From Candidatus Latescibacterota bacterium (GTDB lineage Bacteria > Latescibacterota > UBA2968), in NCBI GenBank assembly GCA_965208125.1, contig OZ242320.1, positions 3,008,001 to 3,072,000 on the forward strand: 64,000 bases of DNA, read 5' to 3'. Shown here piece by piece: positions 1 to 8,921 of this stretch. The notes beneath the pieces were generated by a model. That model was given only the letters and a program-made list of their open reading frames with translations. It had not been told where the DNA came from and did no database searches. Position numbers and translations under genes: made by a program. The first letter of the stretch is position 1, and each line of letters begins with the position of its first letter.

Positions 1-27
1 TTCGCGTGTTGTTTCGGGGGTGCTCAT
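1..27 (-). CDS. Possible 5' end of a divergent gene (MSTPETTRE...), running off the window edge
   Basis: ATG at 27-25 on the - strand, open to position 1; only 9 codons are visible. Confidence 0.3.
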
Positions 28-174
28 AGTTTATAACCTGTGGAATCGTTTTTGAGGGACGGGGGTTGTTAGACAGAACAAATAATCTATAAAGGATAGA
101 GAAAATAAGCAACCAAATTTTCCTCCGCAGGCGGGCGTTTAAATTCATCCCGATCTTGTGCCTGCCAAAAAAAA

Positions 175-201
175 GTAACAGTTTGATCTGTGTGATGTGT
201 T
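175..201 (+). promoter_or_regulatory. Candidate ECF-type autoregulatory promoter (GTAAC-N17-GTGTT)
   Basis: AAC-containing -35 box preceded by an A-tract, just upstream of the ECF sigma gene; weak pattern match. Confidence 0.3.
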
Positions 202-225
202 AAAAAATAAAGCGATGGGTTGTTT

Positions 226-693
226 ATGAATGTCGAATTGTTATATCAAAAATACGGTCCTATGGTGTTGCGACGCTGTCGGCGATTGTTGCGTGATGAA
301 GATCGCGCCATGGATGCCATGCAAGATGTTTTTGTGCGGGTATTGCAACACCGGGATCGTCTGAAGGCGACCTATCCGTCGAGTTTGTTGTATCGCATTG
401 CGACCAATGTGTGTTTAAATCGCATTCGAGGTCAGCGGCTCGACCTGCCGGGCGATGAGGTGTTGATGCAGATTGCGGGGATGGAAGATCTGGAATCGCG
501 GTTGGATGCCCGGGCGATGCTGGACCGGCTTTTTGCCCGGCACAGAGATTCGACGCGAACAATTGCGGTTTTGCATTTTGTGGATGGTTTCACATTGGCG
601 GAAGTCGCTCAAGAGGTGGGGATGTCGGTTTCTGGGGTGCGAAAGCGGTTGCGGGGGTTGCGGGAATCGCTGAAGAATCTGGAGGAGCTATGA
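226..693 (+). CDS. ECF-family RNA polymerase sigma factor
   Basis: Region 2 (DAMQDVFVRVL...LLYRIATNVCLN) and region 4 HTH (GFTLAEVAQEVGMSVSGVRKRL); about 155 aa; ATG at 226 (ORF track starts at TTG 220). Confidence 0.93.
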   Translation: MNVELLYQKYGPMVLRRCRRLLRDEDRAMDAMQDVFVRVLQHRDRLKATYPSSLLYRIATNVCLNRIRGQRLDLPGDEVLMQIAGMEDLESRLDARAMLDRLFARHRDSTRTIAVLHFVDGFTLAEVAQEVGMSVSGVRKRLRGLRESLKNLEEL

Positions 694-1454
694 CTATGGA
701 ATGCGGTATTCCCGATTGGAAATTGGAGCGTTTTCGGCTGAATGAATTGCCGGAAGAAGGGATGAGAGCTATTCAAAGGGCGCTGGATGAGGACCCGAAT
801 TTGAGCGCACACTTGGAGGCACTGGAAGGGTCAGATCGAGAAATTTTCGAGTCCTATCCGACCGAGTGGGTGGCGCGGCAGGTTGCGCGTCGATCGGAGA
901 GGCGAGGGGTGCCGAGTATATCGCGGTTCGGTCCGCGTTTGGCATTGGCGGCCGTGATGGTGCTCGCCGTTGTTTTTGCAATCTATTTGCCGGGGCCTGA
1001 AGCGCCACCAACCTGGGATCGGAAAGGGATGGATGGCATTCGGTTAAAAGGCGTAAAGCCAGATTTGTTGCTGTACCGAAAAAGAGCGTCTGGGGTTGAA
1101 CAATTGGCGGATAGCAGTGTGGCTTATGCAGGCGATTTGATTCAGATTTTTTATCGCGCGGCAGGCAAACCTTTTGGGGTGGTTGTGTCTGTGGATGGGC
1201 GCGGTACTGTGACGCGGCATTTGCCCGCATCGGGAACAAGAGCCGTGCGCTTGATACAGGGCGATCCCGTGCCGCTGGATTATTCTTATGAATTGGATGA
1301 TGCCCCAAAGTGGGAGCGGTTTTATTTTTTAACAGCAGATACGTCTTTTGATGTGCGCGATGTGACACAAGCGGCGAAGGATGGTCCCGATTCATTGCGG
1401 GTGGGAAGAGAGTTTGAGCAGTTTGCCATTACGCTTTACAAGGGAGTCGAGTGA
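690..1454 (+). CDS. Single-pass membrane anti-sigma factor-like protein with a periplasmic DUF4384-like domain
   Basis: ATGA overlap with the sigma stop; N-terminal anti-sigma-like helices (IPDWKLERFRLNELP), one TM (LALAAVMVLAVVFAIYL), then RLKG...GDLIQIFY...VVVSVDGRGTVT...SYELDDAP..ERFY. Confidence 0.75.
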   Translation: MTMECGIPDWKLERFRLNELPEEGMRAIQRALDEDPNLSAHLEALEGSDREIFESYPTEWVARQVARRSERRGVPSISRFGPRLALAAVMVLAVVFAIYLPGPEAPPTWDRKGMDGIRLKGVKPDLLLYRKRASGVEQLADSSVAYAGDLIQIFYRAAGKPFGVVVSVDGRGTVTRHLPASGTRAVRLIQGDPVPLDYSYELDDAPKWERFYFLTADTSFDVRDVTQAAKDGPDSLRVGREFEQFAITLYKGVE

Positions 1455-3250
1455 TGTTGTGCCGATGGATAGTGCTGTTGGGAATCGGTTTGCTGTTATG
1501 TGCCCAGGGAATCGAGGCAACACAAGTTGTGCGGCGGTGGGTACTGGCAGTGGGTGCCAATGCTGGCGGTGCAAAGCGCGAGACTTTGCAATATGCTGTC
1601 TCTGATGCTCAAAATTTTGTGCAGGTTATGGAAACAATGGGCGGTGTTGATGCTGGTGTTTTGTTACCCGATCCGCGCATTGACGATCTTGAGGAAGCTT
1701 TGCACGCATTGCACAATCGGGTCGCATCTGCGGAAGCAGCGAGGAGAGAGGTGATTATCTATTATTCGGGACACGCCGATGAAAATGGCCTTCGGTTGGG
1801 GGAATCGCTTTTTTCTTACGCACGCCTTCGCAATGCGATGGATCGGATGGAAGCCGATGTGCAAATTGCTATTCTGGATGCCTGTGCTTCTGGTGCGATT
1901 ACGCGATTGAAGGGCGGGCGACGGCAAGAAGCGTTTATGGTGGATGCGTCATCGGATATGCGAGGATATGCGTTTTTGACGTCGAGTTCAGAAGATGAAG
2001 CGGCGCAGGAGTCGGATGCGATTGGGGCGTCATTTTTTTCGCATTATCTGGTGTCGGGATTGCGCGGCGCAGCTGATGTGACCGGGGATGGGCGAGTTAC
2101 GTTGAATGAGGCCTATCACTTCGCGTTTCAAAATACATTGGAGGGTACGGAACGCACACAAGGCGGGGCGCAGCATCCGGCTTATGATATCAAGATGACG
2201 GGTACGGGTGATGTGGTGATGACGGATGTGCGACAAACGTCGGCGGGACTGATTTTGGCGGAGGCACTTCAGGGACGATTTTTTATTCGAAATGCCAATC
2301 GACAGTTGATTGCAGAGTTGTTTAAGCCCGCTGGACGGCGCGTTGAGTTGGGGCTGGAACCCGGTACGTATCGCGTTCACATGGCCCGTGAGATCGAATC
2401 GGCTACAACTTCGGTCGAATTGGCGATGGGACAACGCGAGATACTCGACGAAGATCATTTTGAAATTATTGCGCGAGAACGCACCACAATTCGGGGTGGG
2501 ATTAAATATAGCGTAAAACGCTCTCGGGTCGAATTTCGCGGGGGATATTGGAATCCAATCGGAAGATCGACGACAAGTACAGATGGGTTGGCGCGGCAAA
2601 GTGTAGGGAGCGGATTGGTGCAGCAGAGTGCAGAGAATGTGATGGGGTCTGTCGCTTATACCTATCAGCTAAAAGAAAATCTGGCTTTGACGGTTCGATG
2701 GGCTGGGTTGATTGTAGAGGCGAAAAATAATGTGGGTATTCTGGGTATATCCCAGGACGCTGTTATTGTTATGCCTCTGCTTTTTGGTGTACGCTACTAC
2801 TGGCCTTTGGCACCGTCCCCTTTTCGGCCTTATGTTGTCGCAAGCGCGGGATCCTATTTTTTGTCAGATACCTATCAAAAAGTTGGTACAGGACAAAATG
2901 TGCCAAACGTCGATATTGAGGCGGAAGGTGTTAGCGTTAATGTGCAAGAGGACGATGAGGGGCGAACCGTCAACGTTCAGGCTGACCTTGAAAAGCTAAA
3001 TCTCGACTTGACCACATCGGGGATTGTTCAAGAAGCTCGTATTCAAGCCAGTTTGGGAGCTTATATCGGTGGCGGTGTTGATTTTGCCATCGGAAGGTAT
3101 TTGATGCTCGGCGCAAGCGCGGGCTATCATCTGATTGCAAATTTTGCAGAGCCAATAAGAGGTCGTAGAAATTTCAGTGGTCCGGAATTGAGCTTTAGTT
3201 TGAGTTTGTTGTGGGGGAAAGATGTGGGAGCGGTCAAGAGTATTCGCTGA
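1451..3250 (+). CDS. Exported caspase-family (C14/metacaspase-like) protease with a C-terminal outer-membrane beta-barrel-like domain
   Basis: Signal peptide; catalytic dyad motifs YYSGHA and ILDACASG; AQESDAIGASFFSHYLVSGLRGAADVTGDGRVTLNEAY; amphipathic strands (LLFGVRYY, FRPYVVASAG, YIGGGVDF, ELSFSLSLLW); GTGA overlap with the upstream gene. Confidence 0.88.
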   Translation: MMLCRWIVLLGIGLLLCAQGIEATQVVRRWVLAVGANAGGAKRETLQYAVSDAQNFVQVMETMGGVDAGVLLPDPRIDDLEEALHALHNRVASAEAARREVIIYYSGHADENGLRLGESLFSYARLRNAMDRMEADVQIAILDACASGAITRLKGGRRQEAFMVDASSDMRGYAFLTSSSEDEAAQESDAIGASFFSHYLVSGLRGAADVTGDGRVTLNEAYHFAFQNTLEGTERTQGGAQHPAYDIKMTGTGDVVMTDVRQTSAGLILAEALQGRFFIRNANRQLIAELFKPAGRRVELGLEPGTYRVHMAREIESATTSVELAMGQREILDEDHFEIIARERTTIRGGIKYSVKRSRVEFRGGYWNPIGRSTTSTDGLARQSVGSGLVQQSAENVMGSVAYTYQLKENLALTVRWAGLIVEAKNNVGILGISQDAVIVMPLLFGVRYYWPLAPSPFRPYVVASAGSYFLSDTYQKVGTGQNVPNVDIEAEGVSVNVQEDDEGRTVNVQADLEKLNLDLTTSGIVQEARIQASLGAYIGGGVDFAIGRYLMLGASAGYHLIANFAEPIRGRRNFSGPELSFSLSLLWGKDVGAVKSIR

Positions 3251-3362
3251 TGAAGGCGTTGGTCTTGCACCCGATGTTTGGGTTTCGACGCCGGACGCGC
3301 TTTTGGAAAGTGGAACGGATCGCATTTTTGAGACAGCAATTGAGATTCTGCGAGAGAAATGA
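3222..3362 (+). pseudogene. C-terminal remnant of an S41 (tail-specific) peptidase
   Basis: Frame 3252-3362 reads EGVGLAPDVWVSTPDALLESGTDRIFETAIEILREK*, which fits the S41 C-terminal pattern EGxGxxPDxxV...D...A...L. Confidence 0.6.
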
Positions 3363-3488
3363 GCGTATCTTTTCATCTGAAATTCTCCTTCATTCTCGTT
3401 GCATTCGCAGTTAAATGTTATTAAAATTTGTTGAATTTTCAGATCGTCAAAATATTTTACTGCACTGCGACAAGAGGGGAAGGAAAAC

Positions 3489-3908
3489 ATGGCACAAAAA
3501 AATTCTGCTATTGCACCAGAACTCGTCAACCAATTTGTCCAAGATGCCCACGGCGACTTCGACAGTGTAAAAAAGCTGCTTGAGAAAGAACCGGCACTCG
3601 TCAATTCTTCTTGGGATTGGGGAGGTGGCGACTGGGAAACGGGACTGGGCGCAGCAGCACACATGGGTCGCAAGGATATTGCCGAGTTTCTGCTGAACAA
3701 GGGCGCGCGCATCGATTTGTTTGCGGCGGCCATGCTGGGCAAGCTCGAAATCGTACAGGCGGTGGTGAACGACAATCCAGCGGTTGTAAATGAAAAGGGA
3801 CCACACGGGATTGCACTGATGACCCATGCCAAAAAGGGAGGCAAGGAGTCGGCAGAAGTGGTGAAATTTCTGCAGTCTGTTGGCAATTCGGTCAAGAAGA
3901 AGGCGTAA
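3489..3908 (+). CDS. Small ankyrin-repeat protein
   Basis: AHGDFDSVKKLLEKEPALVN, ETGLGAAAHMGRKDIAEFLLNKGA; RBS AAGGA. Confidence 0.88.
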   Translation: MAQKNSAIAPELVNQFVQDAHGDFDSVKKLLEKEPALVNSSWDWGGGDWETGLGAAAHMGRKDIAEFLLNKGARIDLFAAAMLGKLEIVQAVVNDNPAVVNEKGPHGIALMTHAKKGGKESAEVVKFLQSVGNSVKKKA

Positions 3909-3985
3909 CAGAGACGCGGGACCACACGGATGGATGTACATCTGTCTAAAGATGATGCTTTTCTTATTCGCCTATTCTTGTTGTG

Positions 3986-4175
3986 TTATTAGCGAATACC
4001 GGTATAAACGCTAATAAGCATTATTCTTCTTTTCGCATTTGAAAACAAGGAGGGGAGCGGGCCGAGGCGCAGAGATCACTCTACGGGTTTCCGGCACTCG
4101 TCTTTGCGTTTTTATATGGTCTAATTCAGATTTTATGCATAAGTCTTAATAAGTGTGCGGCTTATTAAGTTATGC
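3986..4175. repeat. AT-rich inverted-repeat cluster between convergent genes
   Basis: ttattagcg(3986-3994)/cgctaataa(4009-4017); gcataa..cttaataag(4137-4153)/cttattaagttatgc(4161-4175). Confidence 0.6.
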
Positions 4176-4240
4176 TTAACAAGGATGCTTCTCTATGAAA
4201 CGCGGCGAGACCGAACACGAAACAGGGATTACGGGGGATT

Positions 4241-5356
4241 TTAATGTGAGGAATCGTTAATCAGACGGCGAACGACTTCGGCGGGGTCTCCAGTTAGGGC
4301 GAGGAGGTCCATTTGTCGTTGTGCCCAGGTGGGTTGGTAAGCCATGTCGAGGACGTGTTTGAGATAGGGTACGCAATTGAGTTGTTCGGCCATGGGGAGC
4401 AGTTTTTCGACGAGTTCCTCGGTTATTTGGGGGACGGATTTGAGGTTGTGAGAAGTGGAATCGACCAGTTGTGCTTCGATGCCGTACCGCGAGGCGTGCC
4501 ATTTGTTTTGGCGGATGAGCATGGGGTGGCTGTCGTGTTGATAGATTCCCCGGTCGATTTCGTCGGACAGGTTGCAAATTAAACACTGAACGAGTGCGAC
4601 CAATCCCAATGTGTCTTCGAGAGTGCCGGGAATGTCGCAAATGCGGACTTCAACGGTGCCAAATGCGTGATGGGGACGCACGTCCCACCAGATTTCGCGG
4701 ATGGATTCGATATAGCCGGTGTCGATGAGGTGGTTGATTAGCCAGACGTATTCGCTCCAGTTGCGCATTAAGGGGGGCAGCCCAGCGGTGGGGAGGCCCT
4801 CCATTACTTTTGATCTCCAGGAGTGTAAGCCCGTGACTCGACCCTCCCAGAATGGGCTGTTGCAAGAAAGCGCCAGCAAGACGGGCAAATAGCGCAGTAT
4901 TCGGTCGCAGATCATTATGGCTTTGTCGCCGCTGTTGACGCCTACGTGTACGTGGAGGCCAAATGTGACCAGTTGCCGGGCGGTGTCCTGGAGGAGGTTG
5001 ACGAGGCCCATGTATCGGTCATTGGGTGTGATTTTTTGTTCGCGCCAGGTGGAAAATGGGTGTGTGCCCGACCAGTAGAGCTGGACATTCTCGGCGGCTG
5101 CTACGCTGGATAGTGTATGGAGTTTGGGCTTGAGGTCGGCTTCTACATGGCTGACACTTTCACATATATCGGTGTTGATTTCAACATAACACTGCATCAA
5201 TTCGGGCTTGATTTTGTCGGCATATTCGCCGGGAATGCGGTTGAGTATCGCGGCATTTTTGCTGCACAAAGCCATGGTGTCGGCATCGACCAGAGCCAGT
5301 TCTATTTCCACGCCGAGGGTGGGTTTTTTGCTGGGATTAAATTCAAGTCGGGTCAT
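4241..5356 (-). CDS. YbdK-family carboxylate-amine (glutamate--cysteine) ligase
   Basis: TLGVEIEL, SGTHPF, FGLHVHVG, IWWDVRP, GTVEVRICD motifs; likely start MTRLEF at 5356 with a GGAG RBS. Confidence 0.9.
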   Translation of the reverse strand: MTRLEFNPSKKPTLGVEIELALVDADTMALCSKNAAILNRIPGEYADKIKPELMQCYVEINTDICESVSHVEADLKPKLHTLSSVAAAENVQLYWSGTHPFSTWREQKITPNDRYMGLVNLLQDTARQLVTFGLHVHVGVNSGDKAIMICDRILRYLPVLLALSCNSPFWEGRVTGLHSWRSKVMEGLPTAGLPPLMRNWSEYVWLINHLIDTGYIESIREIWWDVRPHHAFGTVEVRICDIPGTLEDTLGLVALVQCLICNLSDEIDRGIYQHDSHPMLIRQNKWHASRYGIEAQLVDSTSHNLKSVPQITEELVEKLLPMAEQLNCVPYLKHVLDMAYQPTWAQRQMDLLALTGDPAEVVRRLINDSSH

Positions 5357-6563
5357 GGCAATCTCCATTCTTTTTTCGCGATGGATCAAAATAGTTGACG
5401 ACGCTGCGCGCGAGTATTTTGGCACCTATGATCAGGGCGCGTTCATCAATGTCGAAGTCGGGTGCATGCAAAGGCGGGGCACTTCCGCGGGCGGGCATGC
5501 ATCCCAGGCGAAACAAGCTGCCGGGCACATGGTCGAGATAATTGGCAAAGTCTTCGCCCCCCATGCTCGGTCTGGCGATGGTTTGAACGTGTGTTTGGCC
5601 CAATAGATCGATGGCATTTTGGCGGATCAGTTCGGTGAGTGCGGGGTCGTTATTGACCGATGAGGGGCCGGTGAGAAAGCGAACATCGATTTCCGTGTCG
5701 GTGAGATTGGCTATGCCATTGGCTATCTTGAGGATGTGATCCATGGCATGGGCTTGAGAACTGCCACTGAGGGTGCGAAGGGTGCCTTGAAGCAGAGCCT
5801 GGCCGGGTATGACGTTGGGATTTTCGCCCGCAGAGATATGCCCAATTGATATGACAATCGGGTCGTAGGTATCTACATTGCGAGGCAATGATTGATAAAG
5901 CGCAGTGATGACCTGTGCGGCAGCGACGATGGGGTCTCGCGTTTCCCGGGGGCGCGCGGCATGTCCGCCCCGGCCCTGGATGCAAATTTCTATTTCCGCG
6001 CAATTGGCTGTGAGCACGCCTTTGCGTGTGCCCACAGTGCCTGCTGGACGCGAGGGATCGAGATGAAGACTGAGCAGGCCACAGACGTTTTTGAGGGCGC
6101 CAAAGGCGATCATGTCTTTGGCGCCGCGATTGGTTTCTTCAGCAGGTTGAAAGATGGCGCGCCAGTGTACAGGCCACGGCAATACCTGGTCGCATTCCAG
6201 AAGACCCAAAATAGCACCGAGCACTGTGGCTGTATGACCATCGTGTCCGCAGGCATGCATCACACCTGGTACGCGACTGCGATAGGGCACATTTTTGTCA
6301 TCTTGTATGCGAAGTGCATCGATATCGGCTCGCAGGCCTATACGCGTGTTTTCCAATGTATTGTCGGCTATAACGCCACAACTTCTGGGACCTATCTGTA
6401 CATGGCATCTGGTCTGTTGTAACAATTTGACGAGATAGCGCGTGGTTTCCACTTCGCGACCGCTGGGTTCGGGATACATGTGCAGATCGCGGCGGACGCG
6501 TATAATTTTTTTGCGTTGTGCGTCAATGGCACGGTCGAGTTTTTGTGTCCAGGTATTGGGCAT
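5343..6563 (-). CDS. M20D-family amidohydrolase
   Basis: RRDLHMYPE, LRADIDAL, MHACGHDGH, FQPAEE, GGHAA, MGGEDF. Confidence 0.93.
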   Translation of the reverse strand: MPNTWTQKLDRAIDAQRKKIIRVRRDLHMYPEPSGREVETTRYLVKLLQQTRCHVQIGPRSCGVIADNTLENTRIGLRADIDALRIQDDKNVPYRSRVPGVMHACGHDGHTATVLGAILGLLECDQVLPWPVHWRAIFQPAEETNRGAKDMIAFGALKNVCGLLSLHLDPSRPAGTVGTRKGVLTANCAEIEICIQGRGGHAARPRETRDPIVAAAQVITALYQSLPRNVDTYDPIVISIGHISAGENPNVIPGQALLQGTLRTLSGSSQAHAMDHILKIANGIANLTDTEIDVRFLTGPSSVNNDPALTELIRQNAIDLLGQTHVQTIARPSMGGEDFANYLDHVPGSLFRLGCMPARGSAPPLHAPDFDIDERALIIGAKILARSVVNYFDPSRKKNGDCHDPT

Positions 6564-6730
6564 GCTTCTAAAAATACTGATAATTTTTTTTTTGCGCTAT
6601 AATATTGTTTTAAGTGGTTCGCAGGCTCCTGCAATACCTGTTTTCTCTTGACTTCCTGTCGTGTATGGTTGAAATTAGGTCGTCATTTTGTAGCAATAGA
6701 TAACCGAAGATTATTTCTAAGGAGCGTGTT

Positions 6731-6964
6731 ATGTGGCGACGACAAGAAGCAAATCGCGATTTTTTTTGGATTGGAGTCGTAGTTGGCCTTGCTGCCGTTA
6801 GCCTCGCCGTTGTGGGATTTTTGTTGGGAACGGAAATGGGGCGAAATACGCGCACGAGATTGGGACAGACCGTTCAACGCGTGCGTAGCCGCATTGATGG
6901 TTCGGCGGAATCCAATGGTTCAACAGAATCCAAGGAGTCACCCGCTGAAGAATATATAGATTAA
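6731..6964 (+). CDS. Small membrane-anchored YtxH-like protein
   Basis: GGAG RBS; N-terminal TM followed by GRNTRTRL; strong terminator downstream. Confidence 0.65.
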   Translation: MWRRQEANRDFFWIGVVVGLAAVSLAVVGFLLGTEMGRNTRTRLGQTVQRVRSRIDGSAESNGSTESKESPAEEYID

Positions 6965-7025
6965 AAAGAGCCCCGGGTGTGTTTCTGGATTGAACTACCC
7001 GAGTGGTTAACCGATAAGAGGTGAG

Positions 7026-7069
7026 ACGCAAGAAGTAAAACGCGAGGGCGTTTTATTTCTTGCGTTTTT
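7026..7069 (+). terminator. Intrinsic terminator
   Basis: 18-bp stem acgcaagaagtaaaacgc/gcgttttatttcttgcgt, 4-nt loop, T-run. Confidence 0.75.
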
Positions 7070-7073
7070 ATAT

Positions 7074-7577
7074 GTGATGAATTTGCTTTATAAACCCGAT
7101 GGATATCCCATTTATGCCGTTGTGGAAAATGTTCGTTCACTGTTTAATGTGGGCGCGATTTTTCGCTCGGCAGATGGGATCAACGCATCGGGGGTTTATT
7201 TAACGGGATTTACGGGATGTCCCCCGCGCAAGGAGATCAGTCGCGTGGCGTTGGGCGCAGAAGAGACCGTGCCCTGGTATTATGAACGGGATACGGCAAA
7301 GTTGATCGGCGATTTGCGCTCGCAAGGTGTACAGGTGGTTGCGTTAGAGCAAACACCAGATAGTGTCGATTTCCGAACTTTTTACTATCGCTGGCCGGTG
7401 GCTGTGATTTTGGGCCATGAAGTGACGGGTGTGCGTCCTGAGACCCTGTGTTTGTGCGATAGCGTTGTTCACATTCCGATGTTGGGAACAAAAGTGTCTC
7501 TAAATGTGTCTGTAGCTGCAGGGGTTATGCTTTATGAATTGTTGTCCGTTTTTGAGAGACAACGAGATAGGTTGTGA
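7074..7577 (+). CDS. SpoU/TrmH-family RNA methyltransferase
   Basis: NVRSLFNVGAIFRSAD, ILGHEVTGV, IPMLGTKVSLNVSVAAG. Confidence 0.93.
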   Translation: MMNLLYKPDGYPIYAVVENVRSLFNVGAIFRSADGINASGVYLTGFTGCPPRKEISRVALGAEETVPWYYERDTAKLIGDLRSQGVQVVALEQTPDSVDFRTFYYRWPVAVILGHEVTGVRPETLCLCDSVVHIPMLGTKVSLNVSVAAGVMLYELLSVFERQRDRL

Positions 7578-7660
7578 TATACCTGGTTTGAAATCCGGGG
7601 CTGGGCGGGCTGACAATGTGGTATAACTGGCTGCTGACTACTGAGAAAGGACGTATCCCA

Positions 7661-8863
7661 ATGAGTTTACGCTTTTGCGCTGTGCTGTGTATGCTTATGG
7701 CCCTGAACGGGGAGGAACTGCGGGCTGAAACGAGCGTGTTTTGGGTGGCTAATGGTCCGATGGCATCGGATTTTGATGGCGATGGCGAGGTGACGTTTTC
7801 CGATTTTTTGCACTTTATCAATAATTTTAATGTGGATTCAGAAGATGAGAGCTATGATCCTCGCACGGATTTGAATGAGGACGGGGTCACGAATTTTAAC
7901 GATTTTTTGGCATTTAGTTCTTCTTATGGTCAAACAAAGACCTCTGATGAACCGAGCGGAGATCGATATATTATTTATGTCGCGGATTCGGATGATAGTT
8001 CGATTATGGCACTGGATTTTGATTCACACTTGCTGCTTGATTATATACCCTATCGGGGTACGGGTGGCGTGATGGTGTCTGCGGATCAGCAGTCGATTTA
8101 CGTGACGGATATATTTGGGTTTTACAAGATGAACACGCGCCATGAGGTGCAGTTTAGCGTGCCTGTTGAATCGCGGGGCAAAGCGGTGTTGAGTCTGGAT
8201 CAGACGCGGGCTTATGTGGCTGATCAGGTACAGGATCTGGTTCGGGTGGTGGATGTGGTGAATGGCGTTACCACAGATTCTATCCTGGTGGGCAATCGAC
8301 CGTTTGATGTCGCGCTCTCTCCCGATGGCACAAAGTTGTATGTGGCAAATTTTACCGATCAAAATGTGGCGGTCGTCGATTTGGAAACGATGACGGTTAC
8401 GGCGAGGATAATTATCGGTGATATTCCGGGGGAGATATCAGTTACGCAGGATGGGACGCAGGCTTATGTGACAAATTTGAGGCGCGGTGTGATTTCTGTT
8501 TTGGATCTCAATACCAATCAGGTGGTGGGCGCGCTTCAGATTGATCAAGAGGCTTCGTTTGGCGCAGAGTTTTCGCCCGATAGAAAGTTATTGTACGTGA
8601 GCGCAGAGGGCGTGTTGTTGGAAATTGATGTAGAGCGCAATTTGATTGTTCGCACATTGCGGTTGGGAGATGATTCGACGGTGCTCGGGGTTTCACCCGA
8701 TGGCTCTCGGGCTTATGTTACAACGCTTTTGAGGCAGACCAGCGGGCCGGGACTTACGGTGGTGGATTTGAATGAGTGGAAGATTCTCGGGCGATTACGG
8801 GGGTTCATTTTTCCGAGGGAGATCGCGTTTCTGGCTGTGCCGAGGAGCACGGGGTCTCAGTGA
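7661..8863 (+). CDS. Exported protein with an N-terminal paired EF-hand/dockerin-like domain and a YVTN/YncE beta-propeller
   Basis: Signal peptide; DFDGDGEVTFSDFLHF...DLNEDGVTNFNDFLAF; repeats SPDGTKLYVAN, QDGTQAYVTN, SPDGSRAYVT. Confidence 0.85.
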   Translation: MSLRFCAVLCMLMALNGEELRAETSVFWVANGPMASDFDGDGEVTFSDFLHFINNFNVDSEDESYDPRTDLNEDGVTNFNDFLAFSSSYGQTKTSDEPSGDRYIIYVADSDDSSIMALDFDSHLLLDYIPYRGTGGVMVSADQQSIYVTDIFGFYKMNTRHEVQFSVPVESRGKAVLSLDQTRAYVADQVQDLVRVVDVVNGVTTDSILVGNRPFDVALSPDGTKLYVANFTDQNVAVVDLETMTVTARIIIGDIPGEISVTQDGTQAYVTNLRRGVISVLDLNTNQVVGALQIDQEASFGAEFSPDRKLLYVSAEGVLLEIDVERNLIVRTLRLGDDSTVLGVSPDGSRAYVTTLLRQTSGPGLTVVDLNEWKILGRLRGFIFPREIAFLAVPRSTGSQ

Positions 8864-8897
8864 GGTGAGGGTCTGATTTGATGTATAAAAGGATAAG

Positions 8898-8921
8898 AAG
8901 CGGCCTTAATGGTCGCTTTTT
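8898..8921. terminator. Terminator between convergent genes
   Basis: aagcggcc-ttaat-ggtcgctt followed by a T-run. Confidence 0.6.

Noticed and set aside
2996-3925. 309-aa - strand ORF
   Set aside because: It is antisense to the caspase end and the ankyrin gene, and its composition is not protein-like.
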